Assembly (NCBI GenBank): GCA_021813025.1
Contig: JAKAME010000004.1
Coordinates: 1 to 38,413 of the forward strand
Length of the DNA: 38,413 nt
Source: Candidatus Micrarchaeota archaeon
GTDB lineage: Archaea > Micrarchaeota > Micrarchaeia > Anstonellales > Anstonellaceae
Direction: 5' to 3'
Each line of letters opens with the position of its first letter. Position 1 is the stretch's first letter. The notes under the pieces are model-generated. The model made no database searches. It was not told the DNA's origin and was given only the letters and a program-made list of their open reading frames with translations. This document shows, piece by piece, positions 1 through 9,355 of this stretch. A program made the position numbers and the translations under genes.

Positions 1-121
1 TCCCACGTCTGGTCGCTTCCTGTCAAGCATTAGGCGGCTTCCTTTTCCATATTTTTCGGCCCCCCTCGACGCCATATTTATTAATTCTCGGCAGGCAGAT
101 GGCAGCGTGGGAGGTGGACCC

Positions 122-3100
122 ATGAGACAGGAGAGGGTGCCGTTCGGCCTGATTCTATGGTTATCCCTCTCTTGGCTGGTTTTGAGCGGCATAGCGTCAG
201 CCCTGCCAGCCTGCCAGCCCACCAACGCCTCGTGGCCTGCCTGCAGCGCCAGCTGCGCATATCTCAACTCCAACTGGAACTGCAATGCCACTCTCTCATT
301 CGTGCAAAACGACAAGAACTGCGTCTGTGACTGCCCCTATTACGATTCTGCGATTGTGTATGAGAACACCACCTCCAGCACCACGCCCCGCATACGGGTG
401 AACTCGGTCAATGAGACCATCAACACGACCGCCATTGACTTGCTGGATGCGCAGGGCAATGTGCGTGCCAGCGGCACTCTCTCGAAAGACGGCCTGCTGA
501 CTTATACCGACCCTATAACGGGGCGAACAACACCTGTGCGCTTCCTGAGGCCCGCCCCCAACAGCGCCATCTGGGCGGAAGTGTCAATATTCATCGATGA
601 AATCACCCTCGAGGACGGCAGGCGCTACAATCTCGCGTCCTCAGACGACTGGCAGTGGAAGAACGTCTATGCGTCGGTGCTGTGGAAGAACCGCGATGGG
701 AGCGCGAGCGACGGGCAGGCGGACAGCCTGCGGGAGATTGCGCTCTACACAGATGACCTCACCAATTACATGGGCGGCGAGAACCGCATGAAAGTTGGCG
801 ACAGCATCGCGTTCCCCAAGCTGGCTTCGACCTATCGTCTGGCCTACAACGGCCTCCCGGCTGACCCGGATTATGCAAGCCTCAACATTCGCTCTGACTC
901 CGGCCGCACGCTGTCCTATGGCATTAACGGGGACTGCAACACCAAGAACGATTCCTACACGGCGAATTTCATCAAGGTTTCGTCAGGCAAGGCTGACGCG
1001 TTCGGCGGCACGTCGGCCGACGCGCTGGGCAACGACCGGGCGAGCGAGATTTATGTGGACCCCATCGGCACGGGAGACGCCATGAATCTCTCCGGCGGCC
1101 AGAACCTTTCGGCAACCACATGGTCCTCGCTCATATTCTGGAGGCCGGCCGGCTGCATGTATTACAAGTATGCCAGCCTTCCGGCCAACGGGGCCGGCAA
1201 TTTGGGCAAAGGCACACTGTTCCCCGACAAAGGGATGGTGAAGTTCGAAACGGCTGGCGGCGACTCGTCCGACCCCGGTCTGCTGGCATTCTATTTCGTC
1301 AGAAATGCCTCATCCAAATTTAATTCCACGGCCAATGGCGCCTATTCAACCAACATCCAGCCCTCCAGCGCGCCCTTTGTGATGGGCGAAATCGTGCTGC
1401 AGGAGGATGCTGGCCCCCAGGGAACCATCAGCCGCCAGCCGGTGCTCACGCGCCTGCCGGTCTATAACCTGACCGCCAGTGACTGGAGGTTCAAGCCCAG
1501 CAATATGAGCACGAGCGTGATTTACTACAATTCAATCTACCTCACTGACACGTCCGGGCCGGGCAGCCTCAATCCGGCCATTTCGTACGAGCTGCCGCTC
1601 TACACCGAGCGGGGCTCCAAAATCACGGGCGTGTCGTTGACCGACGCCTCGCTGATGATTGCCTCGCGCGTGGGCCAGCCCATGCTCACCTTCTCAGGCA
1701 GCGGCTCGCACAGTTTCAAGACGCTTATCACCGACAGCATCGACAGAACGACGCAGAACCGTCGCAACACCCTCTTTGAGGACAACTACACAGCTGACTT
1801 GAATATAGCTGACATCTCCTCCATCCTCTCGCCCCTGCGCGGAGCCTACCCCAACAACCAGATTGCCCGAAACCTCTACCGAATAGGCTCTGACCAGATT
1901 TCGGATTTCGCAGATTTCTCCACCAGAGACGAGCAGGCGTCATCGGAATTCGCCTATGTTGAGCAGCAGGGCTTCTGGGCGGGGACAAACGCCCCCGCCA
2001 GTGGCGTCTACTATGACTCCAACTCGGCCTACCGCCAAGTTGTGGCACGCCCGCAGATGATTGCGTATAACATGCGCTTTTTGGGCAATGACTACGGCAT
2101 CCCGGTTTGCACCGGAGGCCTGACAAAGTCCACCGACTGGACTTCCTGCACCTCTTATGACTACCGCACCGACTTCCACCGCCTCAAAATCAGATTCTTG
2201 GGTGAGGATTGGATAATCACCAACATGACCAAGCCGACCACGCCTATTTACAATATCGCTGGCGCGGTGAGCGGAGGGCAAGTCAAGCTGGGCAAGGAAG
2301 CCAAATATGACATACTCGGCATCGGAGAGGGTCTGGATGGCGGCACCTTGAGCATCCGGCTGATGAGCACGACCTCGGACGGGAAGGCCGTATTTGACGT
2401 GCTGGACGCAGCCGGGAACGTGATTGGCCAAGTCACGGTGGCAAGAGGACAGACTTATACGTTCACGCAGTCAAGCACTGGCAATTCCATCAAAATCCAT
2501 CTGTGGCAGGCTTCATCCAGCCCGGTTGCAGCCGCCGAATTCCGCCTCTATGGGCCATGCCCGCCCAACCAGACATACAATTTCACCACCTGCTCGTGCC
2601 AGGGCACCCAGCAGAACAAGCCGCTCAATTTCTCCTGCAGCGGCGCAATCAAGCAAAACCGCAGCTTTATCAGCGGCTATGACTACTGCGCCAACGACTG
2701 CCCTGCAAACAAGACTTGCGATGCTGCAAGCTGCACCTGCAAGCCCATCCAGCAGAACCTCACCTGCGAGCAATCAACCTATCCGGCCTGCTTTGGAACG
2801 TGCCCTAAGAACACCTGCGAGATTTCGAACGAGAGCCTGACGCTCAAAATCACGATTGGCGGCAGCGATGAGCTTTGGACCGCCAAAGTCGGGGATACTA
2901 AGACGGCAGGAGGCGTCACCCTGCGCGTCTCGAGCATAGACCAGACGGTCGGCCCATGCGTGGGCGGCGGCTGCGAGATTTCGAACGAGAGGATGACGCT
3001 CAAAATCACGATTGGCGGGAACGATGAGAGCTGGATTGCTAAAGAGGGAGACATGAAAACAACAGCGAACAATGTCACCCTGAAAATCATGAGCATAAGC

Positions 3101-5779
3101 CAGACTGTCAGCCCCTGCGCAAACCTCACCTGCACGGCGAAGGACAATGCGTGCGCGTGCACGCAGAACCTCACCTGCGAGCAGTCCAGCGCGCCGGCCT
3201 GCTTTGGAACATGCACAAATCCTGCAAAGGACTGCACCAACGTCTCAACCGCCTATACAGACTGTTCCTGCCAGTGCCCGCAGGCAACCGAATGGATTGC
3301 GGGTATAGGCGATACAAAAATAATGTCAAACGGCCTTGGGCTGCGCCTTTCAGACATATCCGTGGCAGAGGGGGAGAACAACACCCACCCGGCAATCATT
3401 GACTTTATTGGAACAGATGGAAAGGTGGCGGGGCAGGCCACGGTCCAGGTTGGGCAAACCTACACATACTATGATTCCAAGACGGGAAAGCGCATAACCA
3501 TCAAGGTGGTGAGGACCGCCGGCGGCCTTACCCTCAACGCAAAATGGGCCGATATTCTCATCTATCCCCCCTGCCCAGACGGCAAGATATTCAACGAAAC
3601 CACCTGCGAGTGCGAATGCGCCAACCAGACGCTGAAGCAGCAGTGCATACAGAGCGGCAGGCAGTGGGACGACAACAACTGCACCTGCTTTGGGCCCGAG
3701 AACTTCTCCTGCAGCGGCGCTTACGGGCCGAACCGCAGCTTTGTCAGAGGCTATGACTACTGCGCCAACGACTGTCCGGCAAACAAGACTTGCGATGCCG
3801 CAAGCTGCAAGTGCAAATGCGACCAGGCCAAGAAGGACGCGTGCAAGTATCCGGACGTGTGGAACGAGAAAAACTGCACCTGCGAAAAGACATTGTTCTG
3901 CGGGCAGGGCGGCGATGCGAATGTCTGCGAGCAGGCCTGCCCAATCCCCGCCTTCAGCTGCAAAACTAATGCCTCCAGCAGCACAGGCTGCTCCTGCGCC
4001 TGCGAGCAGAGCATGAGCTGCTCGAAGCCCAAGGTATTCCAGCCGGACATCTGTGCCTGCGACTGCCCGGGCGTGAAGACGCAGACGCTCAAAGCAGGGG
4101 AGAACATCAGCGGCACCAACTATGTCCTGCGGCTTACCTCTGTCGACACCAGCGTCTATCCCCCAACGGCCTATATCGACATCTATGACACGCAGGGCAA
4201 CTGGAAGTGGAGGTTTACGAGCGTGCCTGCCGGCCTCTATCTGCTGCCTTTCAACGGAGAGCTGCAATTCCGCGTGCTGTCCATAGAGCCGGACGGGAGC
4301 GTGACCATTGTCATCTACTCAGACTACTGCCCAGATGGAAAAGAGTATAGCGCCAGCGCGTGCGCATGCGTGTGCAAGCCAGCCGACAAGCAGGCCTGCC
4401 TTGACAAGGGCGGCAAGTGGAACGAGACAAACTGCTCGTGCTCATACAAGCCCTGCGACAGGGTATTCACCGGAGAAACCTATGTCTGCGGAGGGAACTG
4501 CCCGGCGGGCGAGATGTGCCAGGGGATATCGGGCGGGGGTTTGTATCAGGATAATACGGCCCTCCAATGCGGCTGCGTCAAGGCCTGCTCCACACCCCCA
4601 TACAAGTCCCCGCCCAGCATGGTGTCCGCCGGTACAGGCCCCGGCCCCACCATGAAGACACCGGACGGCAAATACTGCGACAATTCCTGCCCGCCGGGTT
4701 CGGTCTGCAATGCCTCGACCTGCTCGTGCGAGAAGCCTCCCGAGCCTATGAAGCTGTGCTCGAAGGGGCAGAGGTATGCGAACCTGACCTGCGGAAAGGA
4801 CGACTGCGACAAAGTGGGAGCGGACTACTATTGCGATGCCACGACCTGCGCATGCGTCAGGAAGGAAAGCTGCCAGCCGGGCGGCGCCCCCAACACCTGC
4901 ACCGGCGCCTGCACAAACCCGGACAAGAGGTGCGTGGCGACATTGTACAAGCCGTGGCTGAACGACAGCCCCACCTCTTGCGGCTGCCACTGCAGCCGCC
5001 CGCATATCCTGCGGATGATTGACTACGTCCACGTAGGGACCGGCCTCGGGTTCTTTGTCAAGAACGAATCCGGAACCCTTCAGGCATACTTCAAGTTCGA
5101 TGATTACGGCTTCAACAACCAGATTGACGTGCCGGCAGGGCAGCTGCAGGCCGGAGGCCAGTACAGCTCCTGCAACCCGTTCAGGAACTCCAGCCTGAGC
5201 GTCTGGGTGCTTGAGACAGGCACCCTGCCCGACGGAATGCCGTATGTTGTGATTGAGGCGAACGGCTGCCAGGGCAACCGCTCGTTCAACTTCCAGAACT
5301 GCTCGTGCGTCTGCCCCGACCAGAATGCCAGGGCAGAGTGCCTGGCGCTCAATGGAACGTGGAATGAGGAGAACTGCAGCTGCCAGCCAAAAACGGCGGT
5401 TGGGGCCTGCACATACATGGGAGCGGGAGTCGGGATGAATGCCAGCGTGGCCGTGGCCAAGGCTACGGACGTGTGCAAGGCTCCGCTCATCCCGCCCGTG
5501 GTAGTGGTGGGGGTGCAGTTGTTCGGCGGATTCTGGATAGAGCCTGCCTGCGACCCGCAGTTCTACAGCGGCTGCGATACGGCCACCAACCGCTGCGTTC
5601 TCAATGCCGACTTGGCCCGCATGCAGAGCGCCGCCTTAAGCGCGGTGGCGTGCGGCGGCAGCTGCCCCGCAGGCCTGTCATGCACGCTGGTGAACAGCAC
5701 AAGATGCTCCTGCGCTCCGCCTGTTTCGGCCGTGGCGGTGACGGCACCAGTCAAGGCCATACGCTACTGGTACGATTGA
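122..5779 (+). CDS. Giant secreted cysteine-rich surface protein (~1885 aa): signal peptide, S-layer-like block, repeated beta-rich modules, many CxCxC repeats
   Basis: GGAGGTGG RBS before ATG 122 and TATA-like TTTATTAA at 77-84. Hydrophobic signal ends ASA. Abundant N-x-S/T sequons. Repeated C-x10-CxC motifs such as CPDGKIFNETTCECEC. Central block resembles Micrarchaeota S-layer proteins (from recall). Confidence 0.8.
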   Translation: MRQERVPFGLILWLSLSWLVLSGIASALPACQPTNASWPACSASCAYLNSNWNCNATLSFVQNDKNCVCDCPYYDSAIVYENTTSSTTPRIRVNSVNETINTTAIDLLDAQGNVRASGTLSKDGLLTYTDPITGRTTPVRFLRPAPNSAIWAEVSIFIDEITLEDGRRYNLASSDDWQWKNVYASVLWKNRDGSASDGQADSLREIALYTDDLTNYMGGENRMKVGDSIAFPKLASTYRLAYNGLPADPDYASLNIRSDSGRTLSYGINGDCNTKNDSYTANFIKVSSGKADAFGGTSADALGNDRASEIYVDPIGTGDAMNLSGGQNLSATTWSSLIFWRPAGCMYYKYASLPANGAGNLGKGTLFPDKGMVKFETAGGDSSDPGLLAFYFVRNASSKFNSTANGAYSTNIQPSSAPFVMGEIVLQEDAGPQGTISRQPVLTRLPVYNLTASDWRFKPSNMSTSVIYYNSIYLTDTSGPGSLNPAISYELPLYTERGSKITGVSLTDASLMIASRVGQPMLTFSGSGSHSFKTLITDSIDRTTQNRRNTLFEDNYTADLNIADISSILSPLRGAYPNNQIARNLYRIGSDQISDFADFSTRDEQASSEFAYVEQQGFWAGTNAPASGVYYDSNSAYRQVVARPQMIAYNMRFLGNDYGIPVCTGGLTKSTDWTSCTSYDYRTDFHRLKIRFLGEDWIITNMTKPTTPIYNIAGAVSGGQVKLGKEAKYDILGIGEGLDGGTLSIRLMSTTSDGKAVFDVLDAAGNVIGQVTVARGQTYTFTQSSTGNSIKIHLWQASSSPVAAAEFRLYGPCPPNQTYNFTTCSCQGTQQNKPLNFSCSGAIKQNRSFISGYDYCANDCPANKTCDAASCTCKPIQQNLTCEQSTYPACFGTCPKNTCEISNESLTLKITIGGSDELWTAKVGDTKTAGGVTLRVSSIDQTVGPCVGGGCEISNERMTLKITIGGNDESWIAKEGDMKTTANNVTLKIMSISQTVSPCANLTCTAKDNACACTQNLTCEQSSAPACFGTCTNPAKDCTNVSTAYTDCSCQCPQATEWIAGIGDTKIMSNGLGLRLSDISVAEGENNTHPAIIDFIGTDGKVAGQATVQVGQTYTYYDSKTGKRITIKVVRTAGGLTLNAKWADILIYPPCPDGKIFNETTCECECANQTLKQQCIQSGRQWDDNNCTCFGPENFSCSGAYGPNRSFVRGYDYCANDCPANKTCDAASCKCKCDQAKKDACKYPDVWNEKNCTCEKTLFCGQGGDANVCEQACPIPAFSCKTNASSSTGCSCACEQSMSCSKPKVFQPDICACDCPGVKTQTLKAGENISGTNYVLRLTSVDTSVYPPTAYIDIYDTQGNWKWRFTSVPAGLYLLPFNGELQFRVLSIEPDGSVTIVIYSDYCPDGKEYSASACACVCKPADKQACLDKGGKWNETNCSCSYKPCDRVFTGETYVCGGNCPAGEMCQGISGGGLYQDNTALQCGCVKACSTPPYKSPPSMVSAGTGPGPTMKTPDGKYCDNSCPPGSVCNASTCSCEKPPEPMKLCSKGQRYANLTCGKDDCDKVGADYYCDATTCACVRKESCQPGGAPNTCTGACTNPDKRCVATLYKPWLNDSPTSCGCHCSRPHILRMIDYVHVGTGLGFFVKNESGTLQAYFKFDDYGFNNQIDVPAGQLQAGGQYSSCNPFRNSSLSVWVLETGTLPDGMPYVVIEANGCQGNRSFNFQNCSCVCPDQNARAECLALNGTWNEENCSCQPKTAVGACTYMGAGVGMNASVAVAKATDVCKAPLIPPVVVVGVQLFGGFWIEPACDPQFYSGCDTATNRCVLNADLARMQSAALSAVACGGSCPAGLSCTLVNSTRCSCAPPVSAVAVTAPVKAIRYWYD
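2627..3817 (+). repeat. Dispersed intragenic duplication, two ~117-bp copies (2627-2743 and 3701-3817)
   Basis: Near-identical DNA encoding NFSCSGA...NRSF..GYDYCANDCPANKTCDAASC.CK in both copies. Confidence 0.9.
2816..3119 (+). repeat. Tandem intragenic duplication, 156-bp period (copies start 2816 and 2972)
   Basis: tgcgagatttcgaacgagag..tgacgctcaaaatcacgattggcgg occurs twice, encoding CEISNE..TLKITIGG.DE.W.AK.GD.KT. Flanked by QNLTCEQS..PACFGTC copies at 2753 and 3164. Confidence 0.9.
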
Positions 5780-5788
5780 GGTGATGGG

Positions 5789-6385
5789 ATGAACGGCACG
5801 CGGCAGGGGCAGTCGGCGATGGAATACCTCATGACCTATGGATGGGCAATCCTGATAATCATCCTGATGCTGGCCATCTTCATCAACCTCAACATAGGCC
5901 GCGTTCCGGAGGGCTGCGCTTTCGATGACAACGCGTTCACCTGCCAGGGCGAGCGCCTCTTGTCCGAGGACATCGGCAGCCGGAACAGCAACCAGCCCGG
6001 ACTCTCCAACCTACTATATGCGGACATTGCGAACGCCCGGCCCAGAGCAGTGCGCATCGTGGGCATGGCCTGCACCAGCTCTCACGCGCCGAGCATGGCA
6101 GGTGACGGGAACTTCCAGGACCGGCTCTTCCGGGTGCCTGAAGGGGGGGCTGACCAGCCGCTGGTGCTAATCCACCAGGGGTCGTTCAACACCGGCATGG
6201 TGCCCCAAAACCGCTTCCGCCTCCAGTGCTTCGACGTGGACGCGGCCGGGGACGTGCGATCGGTCTTCCTGCAGCCAGGCAGCGTGTTCGTGGGCCAGAT
6301 TTATGTCCTCTACAAGGGAGCGAATGAGCCGGCCTACGTGCCGGCCAAACTGGTGCGCGGGCGCATAGTGACCACGGTGCAGTAA
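5789..6385 (+). CDS. Class III signal peptide protein (archaeal type IV pilin-like)
   Basis: RQG|QSAMEYLMTYGWAILII with Glu at +5, then a hydrophobic helix and Cys pair. GAGGTGA RBS overlaps the upstream stop, suggesting an operon. Confidence 0.85.
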   Translation: MNGTRQGQSAMEYLMTYGWAILIIILMLAIFINLNIGRVPEGCAFDDNAFTCQGERLLSEDIGSRNSNQPGLSNLLYADIANARPRAVRIVGMACTSSHAPSMAGDGNFQDRLFRVPEGGADQPLVLIHQGSFNTGMVPQNRFRLQCFDVDAAGDVRSVFLQPGSVFVGQIYVLYKGANEPAYVPAKLVRGRIVTTVQ

Positions 6386-6386
6386 G

Positions 6387-6923
6387 ATGCCCCGAACCGC
6401 AAGAAATGCCCGAAAAATCGCCCTATTTATTGGGCGGTTCCAGCCTTTCCACAAAGGGCATGAGAAAATCATCAACTATCTCCTCCGTCGCTACTCCCGC
6501 ATCATAATTGCCATCGGCTCGTCGCAGGAGAAGCGGACAAAAGAGAATCCGTTCTCGGCAGTTGAGAGAATGGCGATGGCGGCCCGCGTTGTGCGCGCGC
6601 ACAATGGATGGAAAAAAAGGATTTCTTTCGCATTTTTGGCGGATTATCCCTCCAACGAGGATTGGGCGCGCGCAGTCGGGGCGCGATTCGCGCCGAAGTC
6701 TTTCGCGATAGCTTCGGCAAATCCGCTTGTGAGAAGATTGTTGCGCAAAGCCGCCTACACCCTCGACCCGTCGCCGCTGTTCAGGAGGGCGGAATGGGAG
6801 GGAAAGAAAATAAGGGCAGAAACGCGAAATGGAAAAAACGCATCAATAATTCCTGTCCCGCTCGCGCTGAAAAGCTGGATGGAAAGAGAAGGGAGGCGAA
6901 TAATGCTCAAGACTCGATTTTGA
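6387..6923 (+). CDS. nadM: Nicotinamide-nucleotide adenylyltransferase (cytidylyltransferase-like)
   Basis: ALFIGRFQPFHKGH (HxGH) and IAIGSSQEKRTKENPFSAVER motifs. Confidence 0.85.
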   Translation: MPRTARNARKIALFIGRFQPFHKGHEKIINYLLRRYSRIIIAIGSSQEKRTKENPFSAVERMAMAARVVRAHNGWKKRISFAFLADYPSNEDWARAVGARFAPKSFAIASANPLVRRLLRKAAYTLDPSPLFRRAEWEGKKIRAETRNGKNASIIPVPLALKSWMEREGRRIMLKTRF

Positions 6924-7551
6924 CGTCAGCCCACGCGCCCACTGAGGCGCCCAGCTGGGCTGCCAAGCCCCGCGCGCGGCCTGCCTCAAGAAGCTTGGGT
7001 ATCCATATGACGGCCTTGTCGGCTGCGCGCTCGATGCGCAGTGAGGTGTGATACTCGTCGCCCAGCGCCTTCGCCTTAGCCTCGGGCTCGGCAACCACCT
7101 CGAGCAGGTTGACGTGGTAGGTGAGGTCGAAGCCGGCGAGGGGGTGGTTGAAGTCAAGCACCACGCGCCCTGATGAGACGGATTTCACGCGCGCCTGCAC
7201 GCCGTCTATGTTGAGCAGCATGCCCTGCTTGGGCCGCACGCCAGTGCGCTCCAGCTCCTTCCCGCTCATCACCCGCACCAAATCCGGGAGGCGCTCGCCG
7301 AAGGCGAGGGCGGCAGGCACGTGGATTTGGGCGGACTGGCCGGCCTCCATCTTGGAGATGCCCTCGTCGAGGCCGGGAATCATGAAGCCGCGGCCCAGCA
7401 GGGCGAGGCGCGGGCCGTAGAGCATCTGCTGCGAGTAGATGCCGGCCGAGCGCGCCACGCGCTCGTCCGTGCTCTCGAAGATGGACTTGTCGGTGTCGAG
7501 GACCCCGACGAAGGTGATGCGAACCAAGTCGCCTGCCTGTGGCTTGACCAT
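6907..7551 (-). CDS. FKBP-type peptidyl-prolyl cis-trans isomerase (archaeal long-type/SlyD-like)
   Basis: MIPGLDEGI, VPAALAFGER and GRVVLDFNHPLAG motifs. Start chosen at MVKPQ after a GGTGG RBS. Confidence 0.9.
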   Translation of the reverse strand: MVKPQAGDLVRITFVGVLDTDKSIFESTDERVARSAGIYSQQMLYGPRLALLGRGFMIPGLDEGISKMEAGQSAQIHVPAALAFGERLPDLVRVMSGKELERTGVRPKQGMLLNIDGVQARVKSVSSGRVVLDFNHPLAGFDLTYHVNLLEVVAEPEAKAKALGDEYHTSLRIERAADKAVIWIPKLLEAGRARGLAAQLGASVGAWADVKIES

Positions 7552-7672
7552 AGTGAATCCACCATACCTCGATGCGGGATTTTTTAAAAGTTCGTGAAGA
7601 AAGAGGGGGAGATACGCCGAATCTGGGGGCTGCGTGAGCCTGCGGATTCCGCTAGTTATAGGAGGGCCGGAC

Positions 7673-8923
7673 ATGTTCGACAACATCAAAAATGAGGACA
7701 AGAAGCGCTACTTCGCCATCGGCATCATCGCGCTCTTCATGCTCTCCACCATCGCAATCTACATCTCCTCCTCCACCCGCGCGGGCGGCAGCACTTCGGC
7801 GCCGGCCAAACCGACGGCAGTCAACGAGACCTACAGCTTCAGCGGGCGCGGGCAGGCCAACGCCACCCTCACCTCGTGGGACCCGGCGCTCTTCGTGCGC
7901 GGGCCCGATTCCGGCCTTGGCCCCATGCTGCAGGAGCTGCGGCAGCAGGGCGTCGTCGTCAACGACGTGCCGCAGGCGGGCGGGCACATCCTGACGCTGG
8001 CCAGCTCCGAGCTGGTCTACAACACCAGCCGCCTTCTGGGCGGCCTCAACGTCACGGTGCTGGGCAGCGGGACAATCAGCATACCGCAGGCATACGTGCA
8101 GGGCGCGGGCGCGAGCCGGCTGGTGTCGGGCGGCACATACCCCTACCAGGACACGCCCGACTTCGAGCAGGGCGAAGTGTTCCCGGTCGCCTTCGACGCC
8201 TACGTTGAGGGGCAGGGCATGCCCTACACCCCGCAGAACATCATCGTCCTGCCGGGCGCGCCGGCCGACGCCGAGGTGAAGCCGCTCGCGGTTTCAATCA
8301 GCTCCACCTATCTGGACGCCACCCTGCCATGGGCGCAGCGGAACCTGGACCTTGGCCAGTTCCAGAGCGACCTCATCGGCGGGGACAAGGTGCGCGCCAA
8401 GCTGCGCTCGGTGGTGCTGTTCAGGACCCTTCTCACCGAGCGGCAGATAGCGCAGGTCAAGTCCATGGCCTTCAACTGGTCCACCGGCGACGTGGAGGAG
8501 GGCCTGATGGGCGTGAAGCCGGAATTCGGCGACCAGCGGCAGGTGGAGGGAGATTTGCTGGGCCTGGGCATCGAGCCGGTCTTCCCGGTCTCGGACGTAT
8601 GGGTCTACCCGTGGGCCGGCAACCGCAGCCTGGAGAAGCAGCTGGAGGACACCCAGAGCATATGGAACCAGAGTTATCCGAACCTGACTGCGCGGTTCGA
8701 GCCCGCGTACGTGCTGTCGGTGACCCTGCCCGGGCAAATCATGGGCAGCGACGGGCAGGCCTACCGCCTTATGCAGAAAACCTACAACGTCAGCTCTACC
8801 TACCCGCCCCTGGAGAACGGGACTTTGAAAATCAGCTTCCAGCCGCGCGGGCGGCAGGTGGACAGGCTCACCAGCGCGTTCTACTCGCCGCCCGGAGTAA
8901 TCGAGCCGCTGCAGGCCGGCTAG
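7673..8923 (+). CDS. Hypothetical protein, N-terminal membrane anchor with extracellular beta-rich region
   Basis: GGAGG RBS, KKRY plus hydrophobic helix, Ser/Thr/Pro linker, N-glycosylation sequons, GC3-rich codons. Confidence 0.7.
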   Translation: MFDNIKNEDKKRYFAIGIIALFMLSTIAIYISSSTRAGGSTSAPAKPTAVNETYSFSGRGQANATLTSWDPALFVRGPDSGLGPMLQELRQQGVVVNDVPQAGGHILTLASSELVYNTSRLLGGLNVTVLGSGTISIPQAYVQGAGASRLVSGGTYPYQDTPDFEQGEVFPVAFDAYVEGQGMPYTPQNIIVLPGAPADAEVKPLAVSISSTYLDATLPWAQRNLDLGQFQSDLIGGDKVRAKLRSVVLFRTLLTERQIAQVKSMAFNWSTGDVEEGLMGVKPEFGDQRQVEGDLLGLGIEPVFPVSDVWVYPWAGNRSLEKQLEDTQSIWNQSYPNLTARFEPAYVLSVTLPGQIMGSDGQAYRLMQKTYNVSSTYPPLENGTLKISFQPRGRQVDRLTSAFYSPPGVIEPLQAG

Positions 8924-8995
8924 ATTGGGGTGCGTTTTTAAGCTTTGGGCCGCCCAAGCAGACGTGCGTTTGAATTTTTTTATGAGGTGTTTTTG

Positions 8996-9220
8996 ATGGG
9001 AGAGAAGCGTCCATTCGACATACTGAACTCGTCGCTGAACAACACCGTTGTGGTGGGGCTCAAGGGAGGCAACGAGATGCGCGGGCTCATGGTCAGCTAT
9101 GACGTTCACATGAACATCGTGCTTGAGAAGGCCGAGCAGCTGAAAGACGGCGAGGTGAAGCGCGGAATCGGAACGGTGCTTCTGCGCGGAGATTCGGTCG
9201 TGTATATTTCGCCTTCGTAG
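8996..9220 (+). CDS. Sm-like (LSm/SmAP) RNA-binding protein
   Basis: RPFD.L, G.L.SYDVHMNIVL (Sm1) and LLRGDSVVYISP (Sm2). GAGGTG RBS. Confidence 0.95.
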   Translation: MGEKRPFDILNSSLNNTVVVGLKGGNEMRGLMVSYDVHMNIVLEKAEQLKDGEVKRGIGTVLLRGDSVVYISPS

Positions 9221-9273
9221 AGTGCGGGGATTTATTTGCTTCATTTTTCTTTTCTTTTATTTTCTGTCTTTTA

Positions 9274-9345
9274 GGGCACATGGCGCAACGGTAGCGCGCC
9301 TGCATGGCATGCAGGAGGCTGGGGGTTCGAATCCCCCTGTGTCCA
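9274..9345 (+). tRNA. tRNA-Ala(GGC)
   Basis: Cloverleaf: GGGCACA/TGTGTCC acceptor with G3:U70, CCTGC-ATGGCAT-GCAGG anticodon arm, GGGGG-TTCGAAT-CCCCC T arm. CCA not encoded. Confidence 0.95.
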
Positions 9346-9355
9346 ATCCTGATTT

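Noticed and set aside
6907-6923. 17-bp convergent overlap of nadM and the FKBP gene
   Set aside because: Short tail-to-tail overlaps are ordinary in compact genomes
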